Program-made: the position numbers and the translations under genes
Notes under the pieces: model-generated
Databases searched by the model: none
What the model was told of the DNA's origin: nothing
The model's input: the letters and a program-made list of their open reading frames with translations, nothing else
Part shown: one piece after another, positions 17,799-27,968 of the stretch
Layout: each line of letters begins with the position of its first letter
How positions within the stretch are numbered: the stretch's first letter is position 1
Assembly (NCBI GenBank): GCA_044229975.1
Contig: JBGARZ010000009.1
Location: forward strand, 32,001-96,000
DNA length: 64,000 bases
Direction: 5' to 3'
Origin: Polyangiales bacterium
GTDB lineage: Bacteria; Myxococcota_A; Polyangia; Polyangiales; Ga0077539

Positions 17799-19211
17799 GT
17801 GTCGAAGCCCACGCATGACCCGTCGCACTCCCCCGCCAACGCCCTCCCGAAGGTTCGTCCCGGGCCCGCCGTAGTCTTCGGCTTGCTCTTCGTGGGCAGC
17901 GTCGCGGCGGTGTGGGCGCCGTCGTCGCCGACCACCCCGGAGGGCGCCACCGCGCTCAACACCGGCGACACCGCGTGGATGCTCACGGCCACCGCCCTCG
18001 TGCTGCTGATGACGCCGGGGCTGTCGTTCTTCTACGGCGGCATGGTGCGCCCCAAGAACGTCATCTCCACCATGCTCCAGAGCTTCATCAGCATGGGCGT
18101 GGTGAGCCTCATCTGGGTCACCTTCGGCTTCAGCATGGCCTTCGGGGACTCCATCGGCGGCGTCGTCGGCAACCCCCTCACGCACTTCATGCTCCGCGGC
18201 GTCGGCGGCGCCCCGAGCGCCGACCTCAGCCCCACCTTCCCGCTCGCCCTCTTCGCGCTCTACCAGATGAAGTTCGCCATCATCACGCCGGCGCTCATCT
18301 CGGGCTCGTTCGCCGAGCGCGTGCGCTTCTCCAGCTACCTCATCTTCATCTCCATCTTCACCGTCGTCGTGTACTGCCCGCTCGCCCACGCGACGTGGCA
18401 CCCGCACGGACTCCTCCACCGCTTCGGCGTGCTCGACTTCGCCGGCGGAACCGTCGTCCACATGTCCGCCGGTCTCGCCGCCCTCGTCGGCGCGAGCTTC
18501 CTCGGTCGACGCACCGGCCACGGTCCGGGGCACGCCCACACGCCCGCGCACATCCCCTTCGTGCTGCTCGGCACCGGGATGCTGTGGTTCGGGTGGTTCG
18601 GCTTCAACGCGGGCTCGGCGCTCGGGGCATCGCCGCTCGCGGTGCACGCCTTCCTCACCACCAACACCGCGTCGGCCGCCGCGATGCTGAGCTGGATCTG
18701 CCTCGAACGCCTCCAGGGCCGCCCCGCCTCGGCGCTCGGCGCGTGCATCGGCGCCGTGGTGGGCCTCGTCGCCATCACGCCCGCGGCGGGCTTCGTCAGC
18801 GTCGGCGCGAGCCTGTGCATCGGCACGGTGGCGAGCGCGGTGAGCACCTTCGCGGTGCGCTGGAAGAGCCAGTCGATGCTCGACGACACGCTCGACGTGT
18901 TTCCCTGCCACGGCGTCGGCGGCATGGTGGGCATGGTGCTCACGGGGGTGTTCGCCTCGAAGGCCGTGAACCCCGCGGGCGGCGACGGGCTCATCTTCGG
19001 CGGGACGGGGCTGTTTCTGAAGCACCTCGCGGCGCTCCTCATCGTGTCGGCGTTTACGTCACTGGGCGCGTGGGCGATCTACTTCGTGACCGATCGCATC
19101 CGGCCGCTGCGTGTGCTCCCGGAGGAGGAGAAGCTCGGACTCGACATCACCCAGCACGGCGAGAGCCTGCTCACCGACGGGCGCAACTCGATGCTGCCCG
19201 ACGAGGCCTGA
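17799..19211 (+). CDS. amtB: Ammonium transporter
   Basis: GDTAWML, LMTPGLSFFYGG, DFAGGTVVH, WFGWFGFNAGS, GLVAITP, DDTLDVFPCHG, GLDITQHGE. Start approximate. Confidence 0.95.
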   Translation: MSKPTHDPSHSPANALPKVRPGPAVVFGLLFVGSVAAVWAPSSPTTPEGATALNTGDTAWMLTATALVLLMTPGLSFFYGGMVRPKNVISTMLQSFISMGVVSLIWVTFGFSMAFGDSIGGVVGNPLTHFMLRGVGGAPSADLSPTFPLALFALYQMKFAIITPALISGSFAERVRFSSYLIFISIFTVVVYCPLAHATWHPHGLLHRFGVLDFAGGTVVHMSAGLAALVGASFLGRRTGHGPGHAHTPAHIPFVLLGTGMLWFGWFGFNAGSALGASPLAVHAFLTTNTASAAAMLSWICLERLQGRPASALGACIGAVVGLVAITPAAGFVSVGASLCIGTVASAVSTFAVRWKSQSMLDDTLDVFPCHGVGGMVGMVLTGVFASKAVNPAGGDGLIFGGTGLFLKHLAALLIVSAFTSLGAWAIYFVTDRIRPLRVLPEEEKLGLDITQHGESLLTDGRNSMLPDEA

Positions 19212-19215
19212 CCCG

Positions 19216-19605
19216 CTACTTGTGCATCGCCTTCATCTGGCCGGGCACCACCACCTGGATGACGCCGCCCCAGTTGCACATGCACTTCGACGTCGCGTTG
19301 AGCACGGGCATCTTCTTGATCATCGCCTTCGGGTGACCGGGCGCCCAGGGGGCCGCGATGACCGGCATGCACGGCATCGGCGTGAGCACACCCAGCGCCG
19401 CCGCGGTGGCCGACGCGACCGTCGGGTTCGCGAGCGAGCTGCACATCACGAACGGGGGAATGTTCTTGATGGGAACGTTGTCCATGATGTTGGCGATGGG
19501 CATCTGGGTGCCCTGCACGCCCTTCTCCGGCGTGACGACCATGGTCGAGGGCGCCGCACCGAAACTGCACTGGAGGGTCGCTCCCATTGCGACGAAGGGT
19601 GGCAT
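19216..19605 (-). CDS. DUF4280 (PAAR-like) protein
   Basis: GATLQCSFG, NIPPFVMCSSLANPTVASATAAALGVLTPMPC, CNWGGVI. Confidence 0.9.
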   Translation of the reverse strand: MPPFVAMGATLQCSFGAAPSTMVVTPEKGVQGTQMPIANIMDNVPIKNIPPFVMCSSLANPTVASATAAALGVLTPMPCMPVIAAPWAPGHPKAMIKKMPVLNATSKCMCNWGGVIQVVVPGQMKAMHK

Positions 19606-19638
19606 TCGCGAACTCTATCGTGATCGCGTGGCGGAGGG

Positions 19639-21129
19639 CTACGGCCGCCAGCGCGGCGGCTCCAACCGACGGCGACCGTCCTTGGAGCGACCCACCTCGC
19701 CTTCGTCGGTCCCAACGGGCAGGCGGTCCCAGAGCTGGCAGGTGACCTCCTTGTGGTGCTGATCGAGCCCCTCGCAGTAGCTGGTGAGCTTGCACCGCCG
19801 CACCTCGCTCCCGCGTCCGACGCGAACCTTCCGCCACCAGTCGGGGTCGGCCAGGCTCTGCCGCGCGGCGCCCACCGCGTCGCAGTCGCCCCGCACCAGC
19901 GCCTCCTCCGCGAGTCGGAAGCCCGTGATGCCGCCCGCCCCGACGACGGGTGTGGTGAGCCCCTTCGCGCGGATGGCGTCGCGCACCGCTCGCGACAGAC
20001 CGAGGTTGCGACCAAACGGACCTCGCGCGTCGGAGCGCACCGTCGGCATGCACTCGTGGCCGCTCTCGCCGGTGTACGGGTACGCCGCGTGGCCGATCTT
20101 CGGCTGCTTCGCGTCCTCGAACTTCCCGCCCTTGGACACCGAGACGAAGTCCATCCCGTCGCTCGCCAGCTCGGCTCCGATGCGCGCCGCGTCCGTGACC
20201 GTGTTGCCGCCCGCGACGACCTCGTCGCCGAGGATGCGGCAGCCCACCACGAAGGCGTCGGAGACGCGTTGCCTCACCGCGGCGAAGACCTCCTTCGGTA
20301 GCTGCAATCGACCTGCGCGGGTGAGCCCGTAGCCGTCGTCGCGGCCGTTGTGCATCGAGAGAAATGACGCCATCGTGTAGGCGTGGGCGTAGTGGAGCTC
20401 GACGCCGTCGAAGCCCGCCGCCTCGGCGCGCGCAGATGCCTCGGCGAAGAGCCCGGGGAGCACCGCGGGCAGCGACCGGATGTGCGGCAGGTGCATGTCG
20501 TCGACGCGCTCGCGGTAGCCCTGGCGGAGGTCGTCGAGCTCGCGCGCGGTGAGCACCGCGTCGAGCTGCGGGTCATCGAGTGTGACCAGCGCCGAGCGGA
20601 GCGCGTCGTCGTCGAGGCGCTCGATCGCGGGGTCGCCGAGGAGCGCGGCGAGGCGCCGACGGTGGCCGTCGTCGACGCGGAGGAAGCGGGCGAAGTAGGC
20701 GGCGGGTTCGGGGCGCCGTCGGATGGTGAGGAAGTCGATGACCTGGAGGAAGACCCTGGTGCGCCCGGACGAGCGCTCGCGCACGGTGTCGACGAGGCGG
20801 CGCAGCCCGGGGACGTAGCGGTCGTGGCCGACGCGCAGCAGCGGCCCGCTGGGGACGTCGCGGATGCCGGTGGCCTCGACGACGATGGCGCCGGGTTCGC
20901 CGTCGGCGTAGCGGCCGTACCACTGGCAGACGGCGTCGGTGACCTCTCCGTCGTCGGTGGCGCGCCACGGAACCATCGCAGGCACCCAGGTGCGCGACGT
21001 GAGCGTGCAGCGGTGACCGAGCGGAAGGGGGGAGAAGAGCCGCGAGCGGGCGGCCTCGTCGGCGGTGGGCCACGCCTCGTCGGGGATGGGATGGACGACG
21101 CGCAGGTGGGTGCTCACGGGGAGCACCAT
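19639..21129 (-). CDS. NADH:flavin oxidoreductase (Old Yellow Enzyme family)
   Basis: PAMVPWRAT, VEATGI, AGFDGVELHYAHAYTMASFLS..N.R.DGYG, ARQSLADPDW. Confidence 0.9.
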   Translation of the reverse strand: MVLPVSTHLRVVHPIPDEAWPTADEAARSRLFSPLPLGHRCTLTSRTWVPAMVPWRATDDGEVTDAVCQWYGRYADGEPGAIVVEATGIRDVPSGPLLRVGHDRYVPGLRRLVDTVRERSSGRTRVFLQVIDFLTIRRRPEPAAYFARFLRVDDGHRRRLAALLGDPAIERLDDDALRSALVTLDDPQLDAVLTARELDDLRQGYRERVDDMHLPHIRSLPAVLPGLFAEASARAEAAGFDGVELHYAHAYTMASFLSMHNGRDDGYGLTRAGRLQLPKEVFAAVRQRVSDAFVVGCRILGDEVVAGGNTVTDAARIGAELASDGMDFVSVSKGGKFEDAKQPKIGHAAYPYTGESGHECMPTVRSDARGPFGRNLGLSRAVRDAIRAKGLTTPVVGAGGITGFRLAEEALVRGDCDAVGAARQSLADPDWWRKVRVGRGSEVRRCKLTSYCEGLDQHHKEVTCQLWDRLPVGTDEGEVGRSKDGRRRLEPPRWRP

Positions 21130-21140
21130 CGTACTGCGGT

Positions 21141-21899
21141 CTATGCCTCGCTGGGCTCGCGTTGCGCGCCTTCGAGGCTCGACCACCACGCTGGCACGAA
21201 GCTCAGCGCCGTCGCGACGAGCACCGTCACGGCCGGAAACAAGAACGCCCCGAACCCCAGCGCGCTCGCCATCGGGACCATGATCGACGCGCCGCCGATG
21301 AAGGCGACGATCTTCAGCGCGCGCAGGCCCGCCGCGCGCAGCGCGAGCCCGCGGTGGGCGCCCACCGACACCGCCGCCGTGCCGAGGTAGACGCCCAGGT
21401 CGCTCGCCGGGCCCGTCAGGTGCGTCGTGCGAACCATGAAGCCCGTGAGCGTCGCGACCGAGGCGTTTTGCAGGCCCATGGAGAAGCTCAACATCGCGAG
21501 CAGCAGGAGGTCGGCGGTGCTCTGCACCCGGCCGCCAAACGCACCGAACACGCCCGCCATCCCGAGCGCCGCCGCGAGCGCGAGAATCGCCGACACCGCG
21601 ATCAACGGAACGTGGTGCCAGGGCTCCTGCCCCTTGTGCGTGCGCCCCTGGAGCGCGAGCACCGACGTCGCGGCCCCGAGGATGAAGCTGCCCATCAAGA
21701 GCCCGAGGTCGACCGCGAGCGTCTGGAGGTGCGCGTTGATGCTGATCATCGTGGCCGTCCCGGTGACGTGGCTCACGAAGCGCCGACACGCGAGGAAGCC
21801 TCCCGCGTTGACGGCGCCTGCGCTCATCGAGAGCAATACCCAGCTCGGCGAGTGCCGGAGCGTGAAGATCGTCGTGGGGTCGTGAAGGGTCACTTGCAT
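21141..21899 (-). CDS. YoaK / DUF1275 membrane protein
   Basis: AGAVNAGGF, FVSHVTG, SFSMGLQNA, RTTHLTG; GGAGGAG RBS upstream of ATG 21899. Confidence 0.88.
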   Translation of the reverse strand: MQVTLHDPTTIFTLRHSPSWVLLSMSAGAVNAGGFLACRRFVSHVTGTATMISINAHLQTLAVDLGLLMGSFILGAATSVLALQGRTHKGQEPWHHVPLIAVSAILALAAALGMAGVFGAFGGRVQSTADLLLLAMLSFSMGLQNASVATLTGFMVRTTHLTGPASDLGVYLGTAAVSVGAHRGLALRAAGLRALKIVAFIGGASIMVPMASALGFGAFLFPAVTVLVATALSFVPAWWSSLEGAQREPSEA

Positions 21900-22116
21900 C
21901 GTGGGTGCACTCTCCTCCGCGGCGCCGAGGTCCGCGGCCAATGTCTTGAGGCGACGGACCCGCATAGCGAACTCCGTGCCTCGCATTGGACCTGGGCCGT
22001 AGATCGCAGCGCGCGCAGTGCGAGCGACAATCGCGGATCTGCGGGCTGGTGTAGGAGAGTCGGCCCGAGCCGACGGTGCGTTGGGCGTCGCCGACGGGCG
22101 CGTTGCGAAGACGACC

Positions 22117-22815
22117 CTACGCGGCGGAGGCGAAGGTCTGCGCGGGGATGCCAGCGAGGCGGGCCTCGACGGCGTCGGGGTCGATGCCGAGGCGGGCGCG
22201 CACCTCCGTAACAGGGACGTCCCAGAGGTCGTCCCAGCGCACGCCGAAGAGGGCTTTGCTGGTGCGGCCGAGGAGCCAGCCGCGGACGACCTCGCGCATG
22301 CGGCGGTCGCGGTCTTCGAAGCCGATGGGGCCGAGCGTGTTGAGCATGCCCGCGGCGAGCAGGGTCACGCCCAGCTTGGCCGGAAACTGCGCCAGGTAGA
22401 ACGCCTGGAGACCGAGCTCGCCCGCCACGTCGGTGCCGAACCCGCCGACCACGTGCCAGATGTCGTGGGTGTCGTAGAGGTGCGCCGTCACGAACTCGAT
22501 GGGGTCGCTCGACGGGAGGTTGGGAAAGCCCTTCGGGTCGAAGCCGTTGCCGCGCATGTGGTCGACGTAGGCGCGGCCGAGCGTTCCTGTCGGGAGCTTG
22601 CCCAGGCGGTCGAGGTCGAGGTCGAGCCGGGGGCGCTCTTCGAGCGAGCGGGCGCCCACCGCGTCGCGGCGAAACCAGTCGATCATCGGCTGCACCGCCT
22701 CCGGCGTACGCAGCGCGTCGGTGATGGTGAACACCCCGTCGATCTGCCGCGGATCGCGCACCAGCGACACAAACCCCCGCAGCGCCTTGAGCCCCGCCAA
22801 CACCTTCATCGCCAT
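22117..22815 (-). CDS. Coq4 family protein
   Basis: LPTGTLGRAY, HDIWHVVGGFGTDVAGELGLQAFYLAQ (HDxxH...E metal motif). Confidence 0.88.
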   Translation of the reverse strand: MAMKVLAGLKALRGFVSLVRDPRQIDGVFTITDALRTPEAVQPMIDWFRRDAVGARSLEERPRLDLDLDRLGKLPTGTLGRAYVDHMRGNGFDPKGFPNLPSSDPIEFVTAHLYDTHDIWHVVGGFGTDVAGELGLQAFYLAQFPAKLGVTLLAAGMLNTLGPIGFEDRDRRMREVVRGWLLGRTSKALFGVRWDDLWDVPVTEVRARLGIDPDAVEARLAGIPAQTFASAA

Positions 22816-22880
22816 ATGCCGTATCGCTCCGTTCGAGCCGTCCGTGGTGCGCGCTTGCGCCGCCGTCCGAGCTGCGGAAG

Positions 22881-22916
22881 AATATGTGAGCGATTACTCA
22901 GATTTGCTACTCGCAT
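22881..22916. promoter_or_regulatory. Putative TetR operator in the divergent Coq4/TetR intergenic region
   Basis: AT-rich ATGTGAG-cgatta-CTCAGAT, plus a second half-site CTCGCAT at 22910-22916. Confidence 0.5.
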
Positions 22917-22939
22917 CCCAGCGAGGGGAGCGTCGGACG

Positions 22940-23569
22940 ATGGTGGCAGCGCGGAAATTGTCGGCTCGCAAGGAGCCACGGCAGGAGCGGTCGAAGGACA
23001 CGGTGGGCAACATCCTGCGAGCGGCGGCTCGCATTCTGACCCGCGACGGCTACGAGGGCGCGACCACCAACCGCATCGCGGAGGTGGCGGGGGTGAGCGT
23101 GGGGTCGCTCTACCAGTACTTCCCCAACAAGGACGCCATCGTCGCGGCGCTCATCGACGACCACTGCGAGGAGATGTTCGAGGTGTTTCGCAAGGAGCTC
23201 GCGTCGCTGGCGGGCGCCGACCTGGAGACGGCGGCGCGCGGCGTGGTGGCAGCGCAGGTCGAGGCCCACAAGGTCAACCCGAAGCTGCACCGGGTGTTTC
23301 TGGAGCAGCTCCCGAAGGTGGGGATGCTGGAGCGCTTCCACGAGATCAACCGGCGTTCCGAGCTGCTGGTGCGGACGTACCTCGAAGCGCGGCGCGAGGA
23401 GATCCGCCCGGCCAACCTCGACCTCGCGGCCTTCCTGCTGGTGACGGCGGTGGAGGCGGTGACCCACGCCGCGGTGCTCGGGCGCGGCGAGCAGCTCGAA
23501 GAGCCCGACTTCATCGACGAGGTCGCGACGCTCTGCGTGAAGTACCTCGACGGGCGGCGGCGCCGATGA
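22940..23569 (+). CDS. TetR/AcrR family regulator
   Basis: RKEPRQERSKDTV, TTNRIAEVAGVSVGSLYQYFPNK. Confidence 0.95.
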   Translation: MVAARKLSARKEPRQERSKDTVGNILRAAARILTRDGYEGATTNRIAEVAGVSVGSLYQYFPNKDAIVAALIDDHCEEMFEVFRKELASLAGADLETAARGVVAAQVEAHKVNPKLHRVFLEQLPKVGMLERFHEINRRSELLVRTYLEARREEIRPANLDLAAFLLVTAVEAVTHAAVLGRGEQLEEPDFIDEVATLCVKYLDGRRRR

Positions 23570-24936
23570 CCGCCGCGTTGCGTGAGCTGGACAGCCTGCC
23601 GGGCGTCGCGGGACCGCCCTTCGCGGGGAGCTTCTTCGACGCGCGGCGAGATCCGTTGGAGCTGTTCGAGCGGGCGGCGCGGCACGGGGGCGACGCGGCG
23701 TGCCTGCGCTTCGGGCCATACCGCTACCTGACGCTGCACTCGCCCGAGGCGATTCGTCATGTGTTCGTGGAGAACGCCCGCGCCTACCACAAGAGCCCCA
23801 GCTACCGCGGGCTCAAGATGGTGCTGGGCAACGGGCTCATCACCAGCGAAGGAGACTTCTGGAAGCGGCAACGTCGGCTCGCGCAGCCGGCGTTTCACCG
23901 CGAGGGCCTGACGGGCTTCGTCGACGCCATGGTGCGCGACACGCAGGACATGCTCGACGGGTGGCGCCGCGACGGCGACGGCGCCTTCGACCTGCACGAC
24001 GCCATGATGCGGCTGACGCTGCGCATCGTCGGGCACACGCTGTTTTCGACGGACGTCCAGGCTGACGCTGGGGCGGTGGGGGCGGCCTTCGCGGTGGCCA
24101 TCAAGCGCGCCGACGACGAGAGCGTCGCGCTGATCAACCTCCCGACGTGGCTGCCGCTGCCGAGCAACCGTCGCTTCAGGAAGGCGCTGGCGACCCTCGA
24201 TGGGCTCGTGCATCGCATCATCGGCGAGCGACGCGCGATGCCCGAGGCCGAGCGGCCGGCCGACCTCCTGTCGATGCTGATGGCCGCGAAGGATGATGAC
24301 GGCGCGGGGATGAGCGACGCGCAGCTCCGCGACGAGGTGATGTCGATGGTGGGCGCCGGGCACGAGACGACGGCCAACGCGCTGGCGTGGACCTTTCACC
24401 TGCTGGGTGACCACGCCGAGGTGGCCGATCGGGTGGCCGACGAGGCGCGCGCGGCGTGCGGCGATCGGGCTCCGACGCTGGGCGATCTGCCGAAGCTCAC
24501 GTACACGAAGCGCGTGGTGGAGGAGTCGATGCGGCTGCGACCGCCCGTGTGGGTGATGGAGCGCGTGGCCATCGAGGACGACGTGGTGTGCGGCATCCGC
24601 GTGGCGAAGGGAACGCTCATCGGAGCATCGCCGTGGTGCCTGCATCGAGACCCACGGCACTGGAGCGACCCGGAGCGCTTCGACCCCGATCGCTTTCTGC
24701 CGGAGGCGGTGGAGGCGCGGGCCCGGTACACGTACCTGCCCTTCGGCGCGGGGCCGCGGGTGTGCATCGGCAACGGCTTCGCGATGATGGAGGCGCAGCT
24801 GTTGTTGGCGATGATCGCGCGCGAGCACCGCCTGGAGCGGGCCCCGTGGCACACGGTGAAGGCCGAGGCGACCATCACGCTGCGCCCGAAGGACGGCATG
24901 ACGATGATTCGTCGGCGGAGACACGCGGCGGTGTGA
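23566..24936 (+). CDS. Cytochrome P450
   Basis: AGHETTA, EESMRLRPP, PERFDPDRF, PFGAGPRVCIG heme motif; ATGA overlap with tetR. Confidence 0.96.
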   Translation: MTAALRELDSLPGVAGPPFAGSFFDARRDPLELFERAARHGGDAACLRFGPYRYLTLHSPEAIRHVFVENARAYHKSPSYRGLKMVLGNGLITSEGDFWKRQRRLAQPAFHREGLTGFVDAMVRDTQDMLDGWRRDGDGAFDLHDAMMRLTLRIVGHTLFSTDVQADAGAVGAAFAVAIKRADDESVALINLPTWLPLPSNRRFRKALATLDGLVHRIIGERRAMPEAERPADLLSMLMAAKDDDGAGMSDAQLRDEVMSMVGAGHETTANALAWTFHLLGDHAEVADRVADEARAACGDRAPTLGDLPKLTYTKRVVEESMRLRPPVWVMERVAIEDDVVCGIRVAKGTLIGASPWCLHRDPRHWSDPERFDPDRFLPEAVEARARYTYLPFGAGPRVCIGNGFAMMEAQLLLAMIAREHRLERAPWHTVKAEATITLRPKDGMTMIRRRRHAAV

Positions 24937-24967
24937 GGTTGCAGCAGCTCTGGTAACGTCCGTCACC

Positions 24968-27913
24968 ATGCGGAGACTCTCGTGGGTGGCGCTCTGGGCG
25001 TGCGTGATGACGGCCTGTCTGGGCCGGTCGGTGGTGGGCGGACCCGAGGACAGCGGCAACGGTGTCACCGACCTCGGCGTCGACGTCACCGCGGACGCGG
25101 GCTTCGATGCGGGCCTCGACACCGGCGCGCGCGACGTTCCCGCCGTGGACACACCGCCGACGGACACCCCCGCGGCGCGTTGCACCGCCAACAGCGACTG
25201 CCGCGACAACGAGTTTGGCTTCAACGTGTGCGACCTCCCGTCGGGGCGCTGCGTGGCCTGCTCGCCCACCGCGGACACCTGTCCTGCGGGGCAGTTCTGC
25301 GATGGGGCGACCTTCCGGTGCAGCCCCGGCTGCCGCAACGACGAGGGCTGCGCGCCGGGTGTCACGGGCGACGCCGGAACCACCGCGACGCCGCGCTGTG
25401 ACGTCGCCACCCGCCGCTGCGTGGCGTGTGTGACCGACGCCCACTGCCCGTCGGGCCTCGTCTGCGCGGGCAACGTCTGCGTGATGGGCTGCACCGCCAC
25501 GCAGCCCTGCCCGTCGGGCCAGTCGTGCTGCTCGGGCGCGTGCGTCGACCCGCGGACCAACACCGACCACTGCGGCGCCTGCGGGACGATGTGCACCGTC
25601 GCCAACGGCGCCGCCGACTGCCGCGCGGGCGTCTGCGCGGTGGGCCTCTGCACGGGCTCATTCCGTGACTGCGACAGCGCCGCGGCCAACGGCTGCGAGA
25701 CCGACTCGTCGACCAGCGTGATGCACTGCGGCGGCTGTGGGATGGCCTGCGCGACGCGGCCCAACACCACCGCGACCTGCGCGATGGGCATGTGCGCCTA
25801 CGCCTGCAACGCGGGCTTCGCCGACTGCGACATGGACCCGAGCAACGGCTGCGAGGTGACGCTCGCCACGAGCGCCGCCCACTGCGGGATGTGCGGCAAC
25901 GCGTGCATGGTGGCCAACGGCGTCGCGGCCTGCGTCGCGGGCGTGTGCGCCGTGGGCTCGTGCGCGGATGGGTTTGCCAACTGCGATGGAGACGTGAGCA
26001 ACGGCTGCGAGGTGGACACGCGCACCACGCTCGCCCACTGCGGCGCGTGCGGGACGGTGTGTCCGACGCCCGCCAACGCCGCCGCGACCTGCGCGATGGG
26101 GGCGTGTGGCCTTCGTTGCAATGACGGCTTCGGCAACTGCGACGGGGACGCCACCAACGGCTGCGAGGTCGACCTGCGCGTGACGCTCACCCACTGCGGG
26201 GCGTGCTCCAACGTCTGCCCCACCCGCGCTGCGAGCGCGCCGACCTGCGCGATGGGGGCGTGTGGCCTTCGTTGCGACGCGGGCTTCGCCAACTGCAACG
26301 CGATGGACGCCGACGGCTGCGAGGTAACCCTCGCCACCAACGTCGCCCACTGCGGGGTGTGCGGCAACGCGTGCCCGCTCGGGTCGGACTGCGTCGCGGG
26401 CGCCTGCACCACGCGGCCCGCGGGCGACGGGCGCGACGGCGAGCTCATCGTGACGGACACCTACGACCACGCGACGCGCCTCCGCAACGGGCGCACCGTC
26501 GGCGACGCGGTGAGCTTCCCGGTCACTGGCATCGCGGGGGACTCGGTTCGGGTCACCGGGACGCCCGCGACGGGGATCGCCGTCGGCGACGAGGTGGTGG
26601 TCATCAACCTGCGCGGGACGGCTACCGCCTTCACGAACGTGGGTCGCTGGGAGAGCCACCTCGTGGCGGGCGTGTCGGGCGACACGGTGCGCCTCGACGG
26701 CGCCGTCACGGGCGTCTTCGGCAACGTGACCAACGCCGACCTCACGGGGCAGACCGTGGTGTTGCAGAGGGTTCCGCAGTACACGCGGGTCATCGTGCGG
26801 AGCGGCGGTCGGCTGACCACCGCGGGCTTCGACGGGACGCGCGGCGGCGTGCTGTGGCTGAAGGCCAACGAGCGGGTCACCGTCGAGGCCGGCGGGGCGA
26901 TCGACACCGACGCGCGCGGGTTTCGTGGCGGCGCGGCGGGCGGCGGCGACGGCTCGGGCGGTCGCGGGGGCGAGTGCTACGCGGGCGCGGGCGGCAACGG
27001 CGGCGCGCTGGGCATGGCGGGTCTCCTGGGCGGCGGCAACGGCGACGGGGCGCCGACGCCGACCGTGGGCGGACGCTGCGCGGGCGGCGGTGGCGGCGAC
27101 AGCACGGGCAACAGCGACGACGGTTCGGGCGGTGGCGGCGGCGGTGGTTACGGCGGCGGTGGAGGCGGTGGAGGCGGCGGCACGGGCTGCGGCGCCGACG
27201 GCTCGGCCGGCGGAACGGGTGGTCTGACGGGCATCCCCGCGGGCGGCGGCGGCGGGTCGACGTGCAACCCGGCGGACATGGCGCGCGGCGGCAACGGCGG
27301 CAACGCGGGCTCGCCGGGCAACACCGCGACGTCATCGAGCACGCCAGCGCCGCCGTACCTCGCGGGCTCGGTGGGCGTCGGGGCCATCGGCGGCGGCGGC
27401 GGTGGCGGGACGACGGGCAACTACTACGGCGGTGGCGGTGGTGGCGGCGGTGGCCTCGCGGGGGACGCGGACTTCGGGCTGATCCTGCTGGGCGCGGCGG
27501 GCGGCGGCGGTGGTGGCAGCGCGTTTTCGACGACGGGCGCGGCGGGCGGCGGGGGCGGCGGCGTCGTGACGCTCATCTCGCCACGCATCGAGGTGGCGGC
27601 GACGGCGCGCGTCTCGGCCAACGGGGCCTCGGGTGAGGTCATCGTCGCGCGCAACCGCGGGGCGTGTGGCGGCGGCGGCTCGGGCGGGAGCGTTCGGCTG
27701 CGGGCGCGCGACCTCGTGCTGACGGGCAACGTCTCGGCGGTCGGCGGCGTGCCGGTGCGCTCGGGCGGTTCGGGCGGCGGTGGGGGAGGGGTCGGCCGGG
27801 TGCGGGCGGAGTTCGCGACGGTCAACGGCGAGGCGCAGGGGACGGCCCCCGCGACGACGGCCCTCACGGCCCGGGTAAGCCCGGCTCCGGGCTCGACGGC
27901 CGGGGGCATTTGA
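24968..27913 (+). CDS. Large lipoprotein: Cys-rich CD...NGCE...HCGACG repeats plus a Gly-rich C-terminal domain
   Basis: MTAC lipobox; about six Cys repeats; GDGRDG, QRVPQY, GFRGG and poly-Gly tracts. Confidence 0.8.
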   Translation: MRRLSWVALWACVMTACLGRSVVGGPEDSGNGVTDLGVDVTADAGFDAGLDTGARDVPAVDTPPTDTPAARCTANSDCRDNEFGFNVCDLPSGRCVACSPTADTCPAGQFCDGATFRCSPGCRNDEGCAPGVTGDAGTTATPRCDVATRRCVACVTDAHCPSGLVCAGNVCVMGCTATQPCPSGQSCCSGACVDPRTNTDHCGACGTMCTVANGAADCRAGVCAVGLCTGSFRDCDSAAANGCETDSSTSVMHCGGCGMACATRPNTTATCAMGMCAYACNAGFADCDMDPSNGCEVTLATSAAHCGMCGNACMVANGVAACVAGVCAVGSCADGFANCDGDVSNGCEVDTRTTLAHCGACGTVCPTPANAAATCAMGACGLRCNDGFGNCDGDATNGCEVDLRVTLTHCGACSNVCPTRAASAPTCAMGACGLRCDAGFANCNAMDADGCEVTLATNVAHCGVCGNACPLGSDCVAGACTTRPAGDGRDGELIVTDTYDHATRLRNGRTVGDAVSFPVTGIAGDSVRVTGTPATGIAVGDEVVVINLRGTATAFTNVGRWESHLVAGVSGDTVRLDGAVTGVFGNVTNADLTGQTVVLQRVPQYTRVIVRSGGRLTTAGFDGTRGGVLWLKANERVTVEAGGAIDTDARGFRGGAAGGGDGSGGRGGECYAGAGGNGGALGMAGLLGGGNGDGAPTPTVGGRCAGGGGGDSTGNSDDGSGGGGGGGYGGGGGGGGGGTGCGADGSAGGTGGLTGIPAGGGGGSTCNPADMARGGNGGNAGSPGNTATSSSTPAPPYLAGSVGVGAIGGGGGGGTTGNYYGGGGGGGGGLAGDADFGLILLGAAGGGGGGSAFSTTGAAGGGGGGVVTLISPRIEVAATARVSANGASGEVIVARNRGACGGGGSGGSVRLRARDLVLTGNVSAVGGVPVRSGGSGGGGGGVGRVRAEFATVNGEAQGTAPATTALTARVSPAPGSTAGGI

Positions 27914-27968
27914 CGATCTGCACTTTCCTCACCCAAGGATCCCCTACCCCTCCCTATCGGACCTCGTC

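Noticed and set aside
22018..23565. Apparent 972-aa P450 fusion
   Set aside because: The extension overlaps Coq4 (antisense) and TetR (other frame); the real P450 starts at 23566.
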